A DNA stretch of 63,940 nt, filler included, from Craspedostauros australis (Eukaryota): the NCBI GenBank assembly GCA_030167865.1. It is 13 parts of 13 records of this genome, joined end to end, with 100 filler letters (N's around TTAATTAATTAA, not from the genome) between each part and the next. Parts side by side here need not be neighbours in the genome. Positions count along the whole stretch, not along the records: positions 62,750 to 63,940 come from JALAGF010001741.1; 12 more parts are not named here. One strand, 5' to 3'. Shown one piece after another: positions 63,262-63,940 of the stretch (positions are counted from its first letter, which is position 1; each line of letters starts with the position of its first letter). Both the position numbers and the translations under genes were made by a program. The notes beneath the pieces were generated by a model. That model made no database searches and was not told the origin of the DNA. It saw only the letters and a program-made list of their open reading frames with translations.

Positions 63262-63725
63262 GCTGACGGGTGCTTGTTGATTGTGTTGTTGATGTGTGTG
63301 ATTGTGAATGTGTGTGGTTGACGGATTGGTTTGGTTCGATCTGGCCGAGACGTGCTGTGACGTGACGGTGATCGAGTTTCAGAGTTTGCGCACTGGATGA
63401 TTGTTGTGATGGCATGTCAACTTTTGCCGTTTGGATTTTCGCACAACGTCCCAAGAGAAACAAATGAAGCGACCGCAGCTGCCGAGATCATGGCGATGGT
63501 GGGTGCGGCTGCTGCCGTTGCCGTTTTCGTCGTTGGTGTCATTGGCGTTGTTTCTTCTGCCCTTGTGCGTAATCGCGCTGATGACGGTGGCAATGGTTGC
63601 TGTGGTGTTGTTGTTGTTTTCTGTCGTTCTCGATTGTGTGCCAGTCCCCCTGTGATGGCGCAGGCTCCCTCGATCTTCTTCTCCTTTTCCTTGTGAATTT
63701 GTCAGATGGGTGATACCGCGTGCAA

Positions 63726-63905
63726 GAGCTCTCAACGAGCGAGTCGATCCAAGATTTGTGGAGCAGTGATGCCTGTCAAGATCACTTTATGCACATCCAA
63801 ACCAAGAATATATTAATCATCCTCATATTATTCTCATTAGAAATTGCTACATACAATTTTGAACAAGGTTGTGCTTTAAGTTTTATGGACGCATCAATGT
63901 GCTGC
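63726..63905 (+). repeat. Diverged copy of the MITE family end
   Basis: GAGC...GAGCGAGTCGA...ATCCAAAC...TTTAAGTTTTATGGACGCATCAATGTGCT aligns with 62359-62530. Confidence 0.6.
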
Positions 63906-63940
63906 TGTTTGTACCGCTTCTATGCTTCGGAAATAGACGT

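Overview
Eukaryotic nuclear DNA from a diatom, most likely a pennate one. Evidence: the 3' end of a silicon transporter (SIT), bipartite ASAFAP-type plastid presequences, GT-AG introns and CoDi-like Ty1/copia elements. The window is not continuous DNA. Twelve artificial 100-bp spacers (N44-TTAATTAATTAA-N44) join 13 contigs, so adjacency across spacers cannot be trusted. The gene-rich core (about 9-33 kb) holds a GT61 glycosyltransferase, a mitochondrial AcnB-type aconitase, two uncharacterised thylakoid-lumen (TAT) proteins, 6-phosphogluconate dehydrogenase, a Mis12-like kinetochore protein, a plastid Cpn10-like protein and Snu114/EFTUD2. Partial SIT and actin genes lie on small contigs. The rest is mostly decayed and nested transposons: copia gag/pol remnants, several LTR families, a tail-to-tail inverted LTR pair, a short-TIR MITE family, and a TA-flanked TIR element carrying a full copia insertion. 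There is also an intact 1336-aa STAND (AAA_16/COG3899-like) NTPase-TPR gene and a paralog fragment. No CRISPR, rRNA or tRNA was recognised. I cannot demonstrate a new biological system from sequence alone. The best leads are the effector-less STAND NTPases, the inverted LTR hairpin, the gag with a membrane-like extension, the triple-nested TE and the 20-bp higher-order repeat.
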